DNA from: Pecten maximus
Taxonomy: Eukaryota
Direction: 5' to 3'
Length of the DNA: 64,000 nucleotides
NCBI RefSeq assembly: GCF_902652985.1
Contig: NC_047025.1
Span: 15,066,001-15,130,000, forward strand
Both the position numbers and the translations under genes were made by a program. This document shows, one piece after another, positions 48,508-61,080 of the stretch. The notes below the pieces were generated by a model, which saw only the letters and a program-made list of their open reading frames with translations, was not told the DNA's origin and ran no database searches. Each line of letters opens with the position of its first letter. Position 1 is the stretch's first letter.

Positions 48508-49152
48508 TCACTGACGAGTCTTAGTGTGAGGAAATAGTTGTATGGTGTCTCTAATATCACTGACGAGTCTTAGTGTGAGGAAATAGTTGATGGTGTCCCT
48601 TATATCACCGACGAGACCTTGAAGGAGGAAATAGCTGATGGTGTCCCTTATATCACCGACGAGACCTTGAAGGAGGAAATAGTTGTATGGTGTCCCTTAT
48701 ATTACTGACAAATCTCAGGAGACGGAAATAGTTGTATGGTGTCCCTTATATCACCGACGAGACCTTGAAGGAGGAAATAGTTGTATGGTGTCCCTAACAT
48801 CACTGACAAATCCTAGGAGGAGGAAATAGTTGTATGGTGTCCCTAACATCACTGACAAATCCTAGGAGGAGGAAATAGTTGTATGATGTCCTTAATATCA
48901 ATGACAAGTCCTAGGAAGAGGCAACAATTGTATGAAGTCACTAATATCACTGACAGGTCCTAGAAGGAGGAAACAGTTGTATAATGCCCTTTACATCACT
49001 GACAGGTTCTAGACAGAGGAAATCGATTTATGATGTCTCTAACATCACTGACGAGTCCTAGAAAGACAAAGCAATTGTATGAAGTCACTAATATAACTGA
49101 CGAGTCTTTGAAGGACGTAACAATTGTATGATGTCCCTAACATTACTGACGA
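48508..49152. repeat. ~47-49-bp minisatellite
   Basis: cactgacaaatcctaggaggaggaaatagttgtatggtgtccctaacat units (48801, 48850...). Confidence 0.85.
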
Positions 49153-49900
49153 CATATTGAAACAGGCAAACATTAAATCAGATGAATATGGAATCAAACG
49201 AACGTTAAAACAGACGAATATTGAATCAGATGAAGATGGAATAAAACGAACATTGAAACTGACAAATGTTGAAGCAGAGATACACTAAAATTGACTAACA
49301 TTGATATTGACAAACATTTTATCGTGCGCAAATTGCTACAGAAGAACATTGAAACAGGCAGATGTTGAAACAAACATCAAAACAGACAAATATTGAAACA
49401 AACAGTAAAACAGAAAGACGTTGAAACAGAAACAAACTATGAGGATGATAATGACAAAGATACATAATACATCATTTTAAACTCGGGTATTATAACAGTC
49501 AAAGGGAGATAATTCGTGAAAGCCTTATCGTACAGAAACCACTATCGCCACTATCGCACAGAGGTTTGTTAATAAAACTATACGGTGGCTGCATCAACAA
49601 GATCACGGTCTATAGCGAAATATAGTATTAAACAGTCTAATTTCTGAAAATAAGTTATAAAAGGAATATAGAAAAGTCCAACCCTTTACAAAATCCTTTA
49701 ATCAAAATACATAATCTGAGATAGATTATGTCAACGTTCAGTGCCTGTAGATCTGTTGCCTAGCTACCGCTTCCTGCTTTTTACGGTACTGCTTAAGGTT
49801 GAACAAGCCTACCCTTGATCCGAAACATCTACACAACTTGCTTTACACTAAATTAACTGGTTACACACCATCCTAGTAGATTTTGCCCCACAACATCAAT

Positions 49901-50946
49901 TTAAGTTAAGTTAAGTTAAGTTTATTTTCCGATACAGGATCAAACAAGATCCTCTTCATCGGTCTCAAAAACATGAAATTTAAATATTTGAAATATAGAT
50001 AATTATGAAATTTCTTGTATTATTAATGTATCTCAGATCTATAATTGTATAGGAGTTCCTGGTTCTTCCAGTGCTTATCCAGTCTATTTTTAAATGTATT
50101 TACATTTGGCGCTAAAACTACATTTTCAGGAAGATTCTTCCATATGTTTACAATGCGCAAGGCGAAGACGTTCTTGCGAACATCTATTCTAGAATGTTGT
50201 GGAAACAATTTCAACGTGTGACCTCTTATTCCCTGTCTTTGTGAGTGGTCTTTCCACTCTTGACAAAATCCGTTGCACAATCATCGTAAATACTGTGTAT
50301 TATCTTATATACTTTAATCATGTCGCCTCTTTGTCTTCTGTATCTAAGAGTTGGTAATTTGAGCTTCTTTAGTCGATCCGGATATGGTAACTCGCGAAAT
50401 CCAGGTATCTGTTTCGTAGCCCTCCTTTGCACTGCCGCAATCATATCGATATGTTTAAGTTTGAAGGGATGCCATACAGTATTTGCATATTCAAGATGAA
50501 CTCGTACTAGCGTTTTGTATAACAGTGAAAAATTATGTTCATTTAGAAATTGAAAAGATCGCCTTATGACTGCAAACATAGAGTTTGCTTTCTTTACTTG
50601 GCTAATAATTTGATCTTCAAATGCCAGAAATCTGTCTACCATTACTCCTATGTCCTTTTCCTTTTCCACTTCTTGTAAAGGTTGGCCCTCTATGTGGTAT
50701 GATCTTTTTCCACATGGTCGGCCTATGCGCATATATTTTCACTTTAAGGGATGAAATTTTAAGAGCCATGCATTGCTCCAATTTGAAAGTTTGTTCATAT
50801 CTTCCTGTAGGATATCAACATCAGCTTTACCACGTATACTTTTGAAAACTTTGGTATCATCTGCGAAAAGGTATGCATCCGACTGTACTTTATCAGGGAG
50901 ATCGTTTATATATATCACAAACAATGTTGGTCCTAGTACTGATCCT
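49901..50946 (-). mobile_element. 5'-truncated CR1-group LINE (RT C-terminus, 3'UTR and (CTTAA)n tail)
   Basis: IYINDLPD..LFADDTKVF, WLLKFHP, LYKTLVRVHLEYA, RGHTLKL, WKNLPENVV..VNTFKNRLDKHW; frameshifted; ttaag x4 at 49901-49920. Confidence 0.92.
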
Positions 50947-52084
50947 TGCTTTGCTTTTTCTCTATCGTTTTGCTCTTTTCGCGACTGATTATTTCCTGGT
51001 TCGGAATAAAGATCTCCTATTTCGGTTTTGGTTTTTTAATTTCAATTAGTATATATATCGCTCAATACAATGCACACCAGAAGTGCAATGTTATGCATGT
51101 ACGTTTTTGTTGTTACGTTAGATTTTGTTGTCGGGAAAATATGAAAGTTGGTTCAACTTGAACTGTATTATAAACTAAACATACTTTTCGAATTTTGAAA
51201 CAATTATATAGGTCATACCAGTTTTCTTTCAACTCGCACCTGAGCGATGTATGTTCGAAGCCAAATTCGTGGTGTTTCAGGTAGTTGTGTCGCCATTTCG
51301 AAATCTTGTACACGATACAGACGTGGTCAGTAAAATAGAAATTGTGATAATCGGCAAAAGATGTCATCTTTAAATTTTGACAGTATTAATTCGAAGTTAT
51401 AGGACACTTTTTTAACAACACAATACACTAACCAGCACAACATATTACAGTTTCTGTCAACGTTCGGTTTCGATACACATCCTCCGCGAGAATCATCGAT
51501 ACTGTGACCAATATATCACTACTCGTTTTTATGTTTAGTGATTTTGGTGCAATATTAGGGATATATGTACATGTTGATTAGTGTTTTCATCATAATTGTA
51601 ACAATTAAGCATATGTGTGTATACTTATATATAGTTGTGCAATGATAACACCAACTAAACACGCAATCGTTTTTGTTTTGATGCAGCGTGGACCTATTTC
51701 TGGTTTGAAGATTAAACGGTTATTGAGAGGGAACAAGGAGTATTTCGGGCTAATGACAACAATCTTTCGGATTAGGTTAGTAATTCGATGAATTGCCAGT
51801 TACATATACACAATGCATCATAAACACATGATTAAAAGAAGATCAATGTTTCTGTAAGCGCGAATGATATATTTTGAGCCGTGTTGACAACTGTCACTTG
51901 CCCAGAGTGACAGCTTTTAAAAACTTGATAGTTATTTGCGATACTTTTTCATTTGTAGTCAAGAACAATTGTACTATTAATTTGTTAATAAAGCATTTGT
52001 TGCAAATTTTTATTTGAATTTACGAGTTGTTATATGAATGCTAATGTGGGCAGGATGTATGGAAGGTGGTACGTGAACGTGGAG

Positions 52085-52732
52085 AGTGTAAATTGTTATA
52101 TATATCCTCTCGGGCATGGTCCTGGATTTATCAAATTGTTCCAAGATGAAAACTAATATCCTGACCATCTTGGACCGTGTAGCTGCCAAAAGTGCAAGAC
52201 TTATTGGTAACTACACTTCCAACCTAGCCGAGTGCTGGATGAGGATTAGGAGTAAGTTTGACGATGGCAAGGTGTTCAACCATTGCAATCGGTGGTCGCG
52301 GCACACAGGTTGCTATGCTGGAACACTCCTATTTGATCTTGGAGCACAGTGACCAACATTGACTTGGGAAGACTGCAAAGGGACCAAGCCAGGGAAATCG
52401 TTCACAAGACTCCGTCGACCGAGGGAAAGAATGCGGCTCACCTGTAGGCACTTCAAGGCTAATCTGGAGACAACACTAAGGAGATGGAAGAGGAGGTCAA
52501 TCAGCCGGATAAACAGCACCAGGAAGGCAAAGCAGGCATATGGACCAGATGTTCTTTATAACACTCCAGACATTTCTTCAGAGGAGCTGCAGAAGAAACA
52601 GGATTTTCTGCAGAAGAAGGTCCATGTGTCTGCCGAGCAGATTTCAAAAGGGAACGAGACAGCAAAGTCAATCAGAAGTTTGGAGGGCTGAAAGGAAGAA
52701 GCGATTGACCTTCTCCTGTTTCGGACAGGTAG
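52085..52732 (+). mobile_element. Degraded DNA-transposon ORF: transposase C-terminal region followed by the start of a YqaJ/lambda-exonuclease domain
   Basis: TSNLAECWMRIRSKFDDGK..N..RWS...C.AG, then QSQSEVWRAERKKRLTFSCFG (YqaJ-type W...R..RLT.S.FG). Confidence 0.6.
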
Positions 52733-52734
52733 TA

Positions 52735-53236
52735 TCCTGGTATGTGATGGTATATCTAATACAGGACTGTGTCTCCAGTAAAATTAAATTATTTACAGAT
52801 GACACTTCTCTTTATGGTACATGTGATGATAATCTCATTGAATTGGCATAAAATCTTCCAGACGACTTGACTAATATTAAGCGTTGGGCCACTAAATGGG
52901 ACATCAAATTTAATCCTTCTAAAACTGAATCTATTATCTTCTCAAGAAAAACTGACAAGAATCATCATATCATTGCTTTTTGTGATGAACCGATTGCATA
53001 GAGCAAAGTACATACATATCTGGGTCTTACACTTAGTGGCGATGCTAAATGGAACACATATCTGGACTTTATGATAAAGCATTTATAAAGAAAAAAAATA
53101 AGATTAATAAAAAAACTAAATTGGAAGAAAATCTATAACCTACATAAGACCAATTATTGAATATGCAGATGTTGCGTGGGACAACTGTACACTAGCTCAA
53201 AAAAATCTATTAGAATCTATACAATTAGAAGCTGGG
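52735..53236 (+). mobile_element. Degraded CR1/L2-group LINE RT fragment
   Basis: KLFTDDTSLY, WATKWDIKFNPSKTESIIFS, YIRPIIEYADVAWDNC. Confidence 0.8.
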
Positions 53237-53238
53237 AG

Positions 53239-53495
53239 ACACTATTTATGTCAGACTATTGTACCATGTTTTCTGTACTTTATACACTATTTATGTCAGA
53301 GTCTTGCACAATGTATTCTGTACTTTATGCATTATTTATGTCAGACTATCGTACCATGTATTCTGTACTTTATACATTTTTTATGTCATTGTCTTGTACA
53401 ATGTATTCTGTACTTTATACATTTTTTATGTCAGAGTCTTGTACAATGTATTCTGTACTTTATACATTGTTTATGTCAGACTCTTATGCCATGTC
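53239..53495. repeat. 45-bp minisatellite, ~5.5 copies
   Basis: acactatttatgtcagagtcttgtacaatgtattctgtactttat units. Confidence 0.85.
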
Positions 53496-53904
53496 TTCTA
53501 TATTTGTGTCACTGACTGCCACTTATATGATGTTTTTCCTGTTTCTAACATTAAGCAATCATATTAAGGAATGGTAAGAAAACGTCTTTCAGAACTGTTA
53601 CAGTGACCTGCTGTTACAGTACAGAGTGTCGCTACTAATTAGTTACTGTGCCTAAAACAACGGAGCTAAATATAGCATATACCTTACCAACATCGCTACA
53701 TTGATAGACGATTATCGACGTAGGCTGTTAGTCGACACCTGCAGAATTAACGTATTGTTCTCTATTGTCCATGTGAGTTTTGTGAGAAGCATTTATATAC
53801 AAGATGTCAGTGCAAGTTTTACATTCTGTATTATTGTATGATGTGTGAAATGAAATCTCTCGATGTCCACAATTCACACGTGAAATATTCATATACAAAT
53901 GAAA

Positions 53905-54412
53905 TGTACGAAATGTTAACATGTGTACGAAATGCTTACTGTTTACACGTGTACGAAATGTTTACTGTTTACACGTGTACGGAATATTTACTGTTTACAC
54001 GTGTATGAAATGTTAACTGTTTACACGTGTACGAAATGTTTACTGCTTACACGTGTACGAAATGTTAACATATGTACGAAATGTTTACTGTTTACACTGT
54101 ACAAAATGTTTACTGTTTACAGATGTACGAAATGTTTACTGTTTACACGTGTACGAAATGTTTACTGTTTACACGTGTACGAAATGTTTACTGTTTACAC
54201 GTGTACGAAATGTTTACTGTTTACACGTGTACGAAATGTTTACTGTTTACACGTGTACGAAATGTTTACTGTTTACACGTGTACGAAATGTTTACTGTTT
54301 ACACGTGTACGAAATGTTTACTGTTTACACGTGTACGAAATGTTTACTGTTTACACGTGTACGAAATTTTTACTGTTTACACGCGTACGAAATTTGTATT
54401 GTTTACACGTGT
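53905..54412. repeat. 26-bp minisatellite, ~19 copies
   Basis: acacgtgtacgaaatgtttactgttt units (gaaatg at 54181, 54207...). Confidence 0.92.
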
Positions 54413-54606
54413 GCCATAGCTAAAAGTCCAAATGATGTGGAATAAATGTTTTGCATTGAAGCAATGTACATTTTAATGCAACCTTATAGAAAGCTGCCTC
54501 AATGGAAACTGTTTATGTGACCTTCTGTTTTATTATCCTTGTACCGACACAGCGCTGTCATACACAAAACTCGACATCAACCACAGTCACCGTGTCTACA
54601 ACGTCG

Positions 54607-54995
54607 GTTTGGTTTGGTTTGGTTTTATTTCTTTACCCTCCTATTAACAGCTAAGATCATTTAAGGACGGCCTCCCGTGTTTGCGATATGCATGCGTGTG
54701 GTAAGTGCGTATGTGTGTTTTGGGAGGCTGCGGTATGTATGTGTTAAGTCTCCTTGTGATAGGCCGGAAATTTTGCCGAATTATAGTGCTACCTGACTGA
54801 AGCATACTGCCGAAGACACCCAGCAGGACACGCCATCCGGTCACATTATACTGACAACGGGCCAACCAGTCGTCCCACTCCCAAAATGCTGAACGCTAAG
54901 CAGGAGTAGCAACTACCATTTTGAATGACTCTGGTATGTCTCGGCCAGGGGACAGAACCCAAAGCCTTCCTCACAGGGGCTAACGCTCAACTGAA
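54607..54995 (-). mobile_element. tRNA-derived SINE (Meta/CORE-like core) with (AAACC)n tail
   Basis: Minus strand: box B-like GGGTTCTGTCCC, core TTAGCGTTCAGCAT..GGGACGACTGGTTGGCCCGTTGTCAGTATAATGTGAC, tail seen as ggttt repeats on +. Confidence 0.8.
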
Positions 54996-55610
54996 CCAAA
55001 ACAGAGTATATATCCTTTAGCATCAACGATAATATTACCCTAACTTTCCCTAAAATTTAATGACGTGAAGAAATACTAGCAATTGACATCAATATGAGAT
55101 GTTCAGTCATTTATTGTAGTGTATTCGTGTATTAATGATTCATTCGCATTCATACTCTACACTGTACATACAATCAATGCATACACAACTGTAAAAACAA
55201 TATATATATAATCTGTAGATATGTAATTATCAGATCAAACAATAAATTTTAACTCTTTCGATTTGAACCAAGCAAGACACCACACTTGGGCGCCATCAGG
55301 ACACCACACTTGGCCGCAAGCAGGACACCACACTTTGCCACATTACGCATGTATACGAACAATAAAAGGACCCGCCAGCCAATATTAACATGTTCAGTGT
55401 GAAATGTACAGCAACAGATGGCGGGGTTTAAACCCGTTTTCAATGACAAATATATACAATAATGCGATTATTATATAACGACAGATTCGTGCTACGTCGA
55501 CCTTATGTAAATTATTTAATGATTGATAGGACTTACTGTTTTATACCTGTACACTTACATAAAGGCAATAATTGAATCATTCGTCGCTGTTCAAGGTACT
55601 GTTCGCGGTC

Positions 55611-56079
55611 CTACAGGGAACAACCAACCAATTGAAAAAAAAAAAAATTGAAACAGCCCCTGTGTATAGAACGTTGAGCCAAGGATAAAATGTCTGGCAG
55701 CCACTGATTGGCCAGTATGTTATGAAGTGAGAAAATAGATATGTAGCCTGATAGGTAACTATCAATAAGAAATGTTGATATAAATTTCTTAAGTCCGATT
55801 GTTTTTTTTCCCAAAAGTTCACGTAATAATAGTAAACAGGTAAACATTTAAGATTTTTGAGAATTTTTACTGCGAAATTCACCTATTTTCAAAATGGCTA
55901 CCCTGGAGAAAATTTGAGCTGAAGGACCCAACTTTTTTTTTTGATTAGGTGTTATATCAGACCCTAAACTTTTGTTATAAACCATAATCGTCATATTTAA
56001 TTCAAGCATTTGAATGAAATAATCCAAAACGTTAACACTAAGGTCTATGGGAAAACAATTGGTTGGTTGGTCTCTACAG
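55611..56079. mobile_element. Putative MITE with imperfect ~24-bp TIRs
   Basis: ctacagggaacaaccaaccaattg ... caattggttggttggtctctacag. Confidence 0.55.
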
Positions 56080-56931
56080 CAGTTGTAAACGTGATCTGAT
56101 AGTGTAAACAGTTATTGATTTTCAGTAGAACTGGCTGTACAATATGTTAGTTTTGTATATACGAGCGATGGCAATTAAAACACAATGGACTAACAACAAC
56201 ATTGTGAGAATCAGTATTTGATCATTTATCAAATTAATGATGTGCAACTTACAGCTGTACTTCCTACTATGCGACATAAAAGATGATTACGCAGTTCGTT
56301 TGATAGAAATCTCGAAATAAAGTAAAACGAACAAAGAAATCCATTTTCATCAAATGTCAAAAGTTACACAGCTGTGAGCTTCGTGTTTCGCGGGAGATAT
56401 TCAGTCCAAATATATTGTACTTACAAAAACATATAAGTCAACATGGAAATGTGGGAACATATTTAAAAACAACCGATTGTCTGGAAAGAGTAAGTTAGTC
56501 AAAGCTACTATATTTACTTAACAAAGCAATATCGTAGGGATTTCTAAGATGATTCCAGACACCATTTCCAAGCTATTGATGAGGTCCGATTCTAAGAGTT
56601 ATAGTGGGTACTTAAAAAGTCCATTAAACTCACCGAGAATTATCTGGAGATAGTTAGTCAGCGTACGGATTTAATGTACATGTATATTACCACACATAGT
56701 CGACATTTTTGTAGGATTTTTTTTTTCAGGTGAGTCCATTTACAAGCTTTTTGAGGTCTGATACTAAGAGATATAGCGCGCGGGAATCCAACATTGAGAC
56801 CATGAAAATCACCGAGAATTGTCTGAATATAGTTAGTACTGCGTCAATGTCTTACTCATACAATCTCTAATCTGTCTCTCCCTGACATTGGTTTGTTATT
56901 TCCTTCTCAACACGTCATATACCTCATACAT

Positions 56932-58622
56932 GTACTTACTAGGGACATTGTCTGACTTACTGGAGACATTGTCTGACTTACTGGAGACATTGTCTGACTT
57001 ACTGGGGACATTGTCTGACTTACTGGAGACATTGTCTGACTTACTGGGGACATTGTCTGACTTACTGGAGACATTGTCTGACTTACTGGAGACATTGTCT
57101 GACTTACTGGAGACATTGTCTGACATACTGAGGACATTGCCTGACTTACTGGAGACATTGTCTGACTTACTGGGGACATTGTCTGACTTACTGGGGACAT
57201 TGTCTGACTTACTGGGGACATTGTCTGACTTACTGGAGACATTGTCTGACTTACTGGGGATATTGTCTGACTGACTAGGGACATTGTCTGACTTACTGGG
57301 GACATTGTCTGACTTACTGGGGACATTGTCTGACTTACTGGGGACATTGTCTGACTTACTGGAGACATTGTCTGACTTACTGGGGATATTGTCTGACTGA
57401 CTAGGGACATTGTCTGACTTACTGGGGACATTGTCCGACTTACTGGAGACATTGTCTGACTTACTGGGGGCATTGTCTGACTTACTGGAGACATTGTCTG
57501 ACTTACTAGGGACATTGTCTGACTTACTGGGGACATTGTCTGACTTACTGGAGACATTGTCTGACTTACTGGAGACATTGTCTGACTTACTGGGGACATT
57601 GTCTGACTTACTGGAGACATTGTCTGACTTACTAGGGACATTGTCTGACTTACTGGGGACATTGTCTGACTTACTGGAGACATTGTCTGACTTACTGGGA
57701 CATTGTCCGACTTACTGGAGACATTGTCTGACTTGCTGGGGACATTGTCTGACTTACTGGAGACATTGTCTGACTTACTGGAGACAATGTCTGACTTACT
57801 GGGGACATTGTCTGACTTACTGGGGACATTGTCTGACTTACTAGGGATATTTTCTGACTTACTGGAGACATTGTCTGACTTACTGGGGACATTGTCTGAC
57901 TTACTGGAGACATTGTCTGACGTACTGGGGACATTGTCCGACTTACTGGAGACATTTTCTGACTTACTGGAGACATTGTCTGACTTACTGGGGACATTGT
58001 CTGACTTCCTGGAGACATTGTCTGACTTACTGGAGACATTGTCCGACTTACTTGGGACATTGTCTGACTTACTGGAGACATTGTCTATTTTACTGGGAAC
58101 ATTGTCCGACTTACTGGGGACATTGTCTGACTTACTGGGGACATTGTCTGACTTACTGGAGACATTGTCTGACTTACTGGGGACATTGTCTGACTTACTG
58201 GAGACATTGTCTGACTTACTGGGGATATTGTCTGACTTACTAGGGACATTGTCTGACTTACTGAGGGCATTGTCCGACTTACTGGGGACATTGTCTGACT
58301 TACTGGGGACATTTTCCGACTTACTGGGGAAATTGTCTGATTTACTGGAGACATTTTCTGACTTACTGGGGACATTGTTTGACTTGCTGGGGACATTGTC
58401 TGACTTACTGGGGACATTGTCCGACTTACTGAGGGCATTGTCTGACTTACTGGAGACATTGTCTGACTTACTGGGGACATTGTTTAACCTACTGGGGACG
58501 TTGTGTGACTTACTTGGAACATTGTTTGACTTACTTGAGACATTGTTTGACTTACTGGGAACATTGTCTGACTTACTGGGGACGTTGTTTGACTGACTTG
58601 AGACATTGTTTGACTTACTGGA
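56932..58622. repeat. 21-bp minisatellite, ~80 copies (gacattgtctgacttactgg[a/g])
   Basis: Direct tandem array; explains all the repeat ORFs listed at 56888-58748. Confidence 0.95.
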
Positions 58623-60837
58623 GGCAAAGATGTAATTTTGCTCCTTTCCCGGCTTTGTAAGCGCGAAAATTAAAACAAAAAATCCATTTGCATCTCTTTT
58701 CTCGTTCTTTTTTCTTTCAAGATCTCTTTCTTTATCTCTGTCTCTCATATCGTCGCTGTCGTATGTTTTATTTCACATAATTTGAATCTGAATATCGTGT
58801 TTTATGTCAAACAAGGCGCGCCGAGCTGTCAATCATCTGGGGCATAGGAATACACTATCGATTTCTCCCAACAATTGTTTATTGGGGAAATTCTTGAGTG
58901 AAGGTGCATGATGGTTAGTTGTTTGACACTGATTGACTGAGTTTGGAGGAAGTTGATGATAGAAAGAGGGGGCGACGACGACGATGACGATGACGACGCA
59001 AAGAAGAAGAGGACAGAGAGAAGAATAGAAAAAAGTTGGTGATCAAGAGGAACAGAGAATGGCATAGGGAGATATTTATTAGATAAAGGGGGAGGAGAGT
59101 AAAATCAAAACGTGTCTGTGTTTTGTGGCAGTAGAATCGATCACGGCAGTCCTTCCATCAGTGGCTCAGGTGTCAGTGACAGAATTGAATCATTGCGCGC
59201 CCTTGATCTAGGTGGGTGATGCTAACCGTGGCTGGGAATTTACTCTGGGGAGCCATCCACATAAATACTTAATTTTGTTAAGAAATATAATAATTAATCA
59301 CTCAGACCACTATACTACAATATATACTCGTGTTCACGGTATTTCATAGTATGCTTTATTAACAAGCCTGCCTGGATCGGGGACTAAGGATTGACAGGGA
59401 AGTCGACATTACGGGGGTAAGTACTCGCTCACGTGCTTTCAAGACTTTAACAAATATATACACGTATATATATACTGTATATAGGCTATATATATAGTAC
59501 ACATGTAATATGTGTATCAAAGATTTACTTGATACTATATGATTTGTATGTTTATTTATATACATATTCTATTTGATTATTTTGATTGAGTAACCACGCT
59601 GAATATACCGAGAATTGTATATTGTTACGGAGAAATCGTTTAGTTGGCTTTTATATATTTAGCTCGGTATATTTCAGATTTACTAAGATTTTTTCATACA
59701 AGTATTTGTACAGTAAACGAATGTTTTGCTAGCATTAATACAACTCTTGAAATTATCTATTAAAACGGTCAAATATCTCCACTTTCCAGACAGTTCCTGA
59801 ATTTGTTTCTGATATTTTGTATCCGATGTAAAAACTTTATTTTGACATTGTACTCATAAAGTTATTTCATCACAAAATGTGATTTAACACACATTTACAA
59901 TATTGCAGGCTATTGCGCCTTTACAAACAGATTTATCAATAAAGCTTGCACAGATACGTGCACGCTATGCTTCATACATTGACGACTCTCTTACCTACAG
60001 ACACAAACACATGGGAAAGGGCACTTATATATATATATAAAAAAATACAAAAGTTATATATTTCATAAAAAGTATTTATATTTGCCCCCGTCTAGTCCAT
60101 TTTCTTGCTTTGATCCTAACGTGACAATAATTCTTTACAATACCAAAAGAAAAAAAGGCTTTTATTTTAAAATGATATGATTTATTCCTGTTAAAGGAAA
60201 TAATAAAGCCGCCATCAGAACGAGATAGTCTTATTACCCGAGTTACCAACACAATAACCGATCTTCGACCTTTGATGTACAAATGCATTCTAGCTTTAAA
60301 AACCGAGCTCTTATAACTGATCTGTATTGATTATAAAAATGTAAATTTTTACCTTAAACCACAATGTGACTGAGCATGGTTTATAGTGCAATGTCTTGAC
60401 ATTCTAAACGACAGCTATAAAACTGCAGCTACAGCATTTAAGTTAGAGGTGTTATAAAGTATCAGATTAGGTGCACCACTGTCTATACGTATAAACATGT
60501 TTTATTTAAATACATTAAATGCACTGCTTTGTCCACTGTTATAACCTTTCGGTCTAGACTCTCTTGTTGAAATAAAGAGCAAGTATGCACTGTCAGGGTG
60601 ATATAAAATGTGTGCAATGCGTCCTTATTTAGAATTCTACAAACATTTGATATTTTCATTGTCGTATACGGCGGTCCTAGAGTTCCTCCTATTCTCAAAG
60701 GCGAAATCTTTTAGATTAAGTCGAAGACGTTATCGATGTAAGTAAGGTTTGCTGTCACAAACTGTATGTATACTTGATATGATATCGATATTTCAGACAT
60801 CAGCAAAATATGTAGAAATGTTCATACCAATTATGAT

Positions 60838-61080
60838 AAAACATGAGATCAGTAAGCAAGATGAGTTATTACTAAAAGATGGGAACAATTAGTGAGATGA
60901 GTTCTTACTAAAACGTGAGATCAATTAACGAGATTACTTATTACTTAAACATGAGACCAATTAACGAGATGTGTAATTACTAAAAGATGAGAAAAATCAG
61001 CGAGATGAGTTACTACTAAAACAAAAGAGCAATAAGCCAGATGAGTTGTTATTAAAACATGAAATCTATAAGCGAGAGGA
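60838..61080. repeat. ~36-bp degenerate minisatellite
   Basis: aaaacatgagatcaattaacgagatgagttattact-like units. Confidence 0.65.

Noticed and set aside
48465-48560. Possible minus-strand exon (YFLTLRLVSEDVGRDDVDIYKAT)
   Set aside because: Overlaps the minisatellite edge; no convincing splice pair or partner exons found.
53176-54445. Cys/Tyr-rich repeat ORFs
   Set aside because: Translations of the 45-bp and 26-bp minisatellites.
56888-58748. Long ORFs with SKSDNVP / VSQTMSP / LSDLLGT repeats (up to 613 aa)
   Set aside because: By-products of a 21-bp minisatellite that is stop-free in several frames on both strands; a 1-nt deletion near 57699 switches the peptide mid-ORF, implying no coding constraint.
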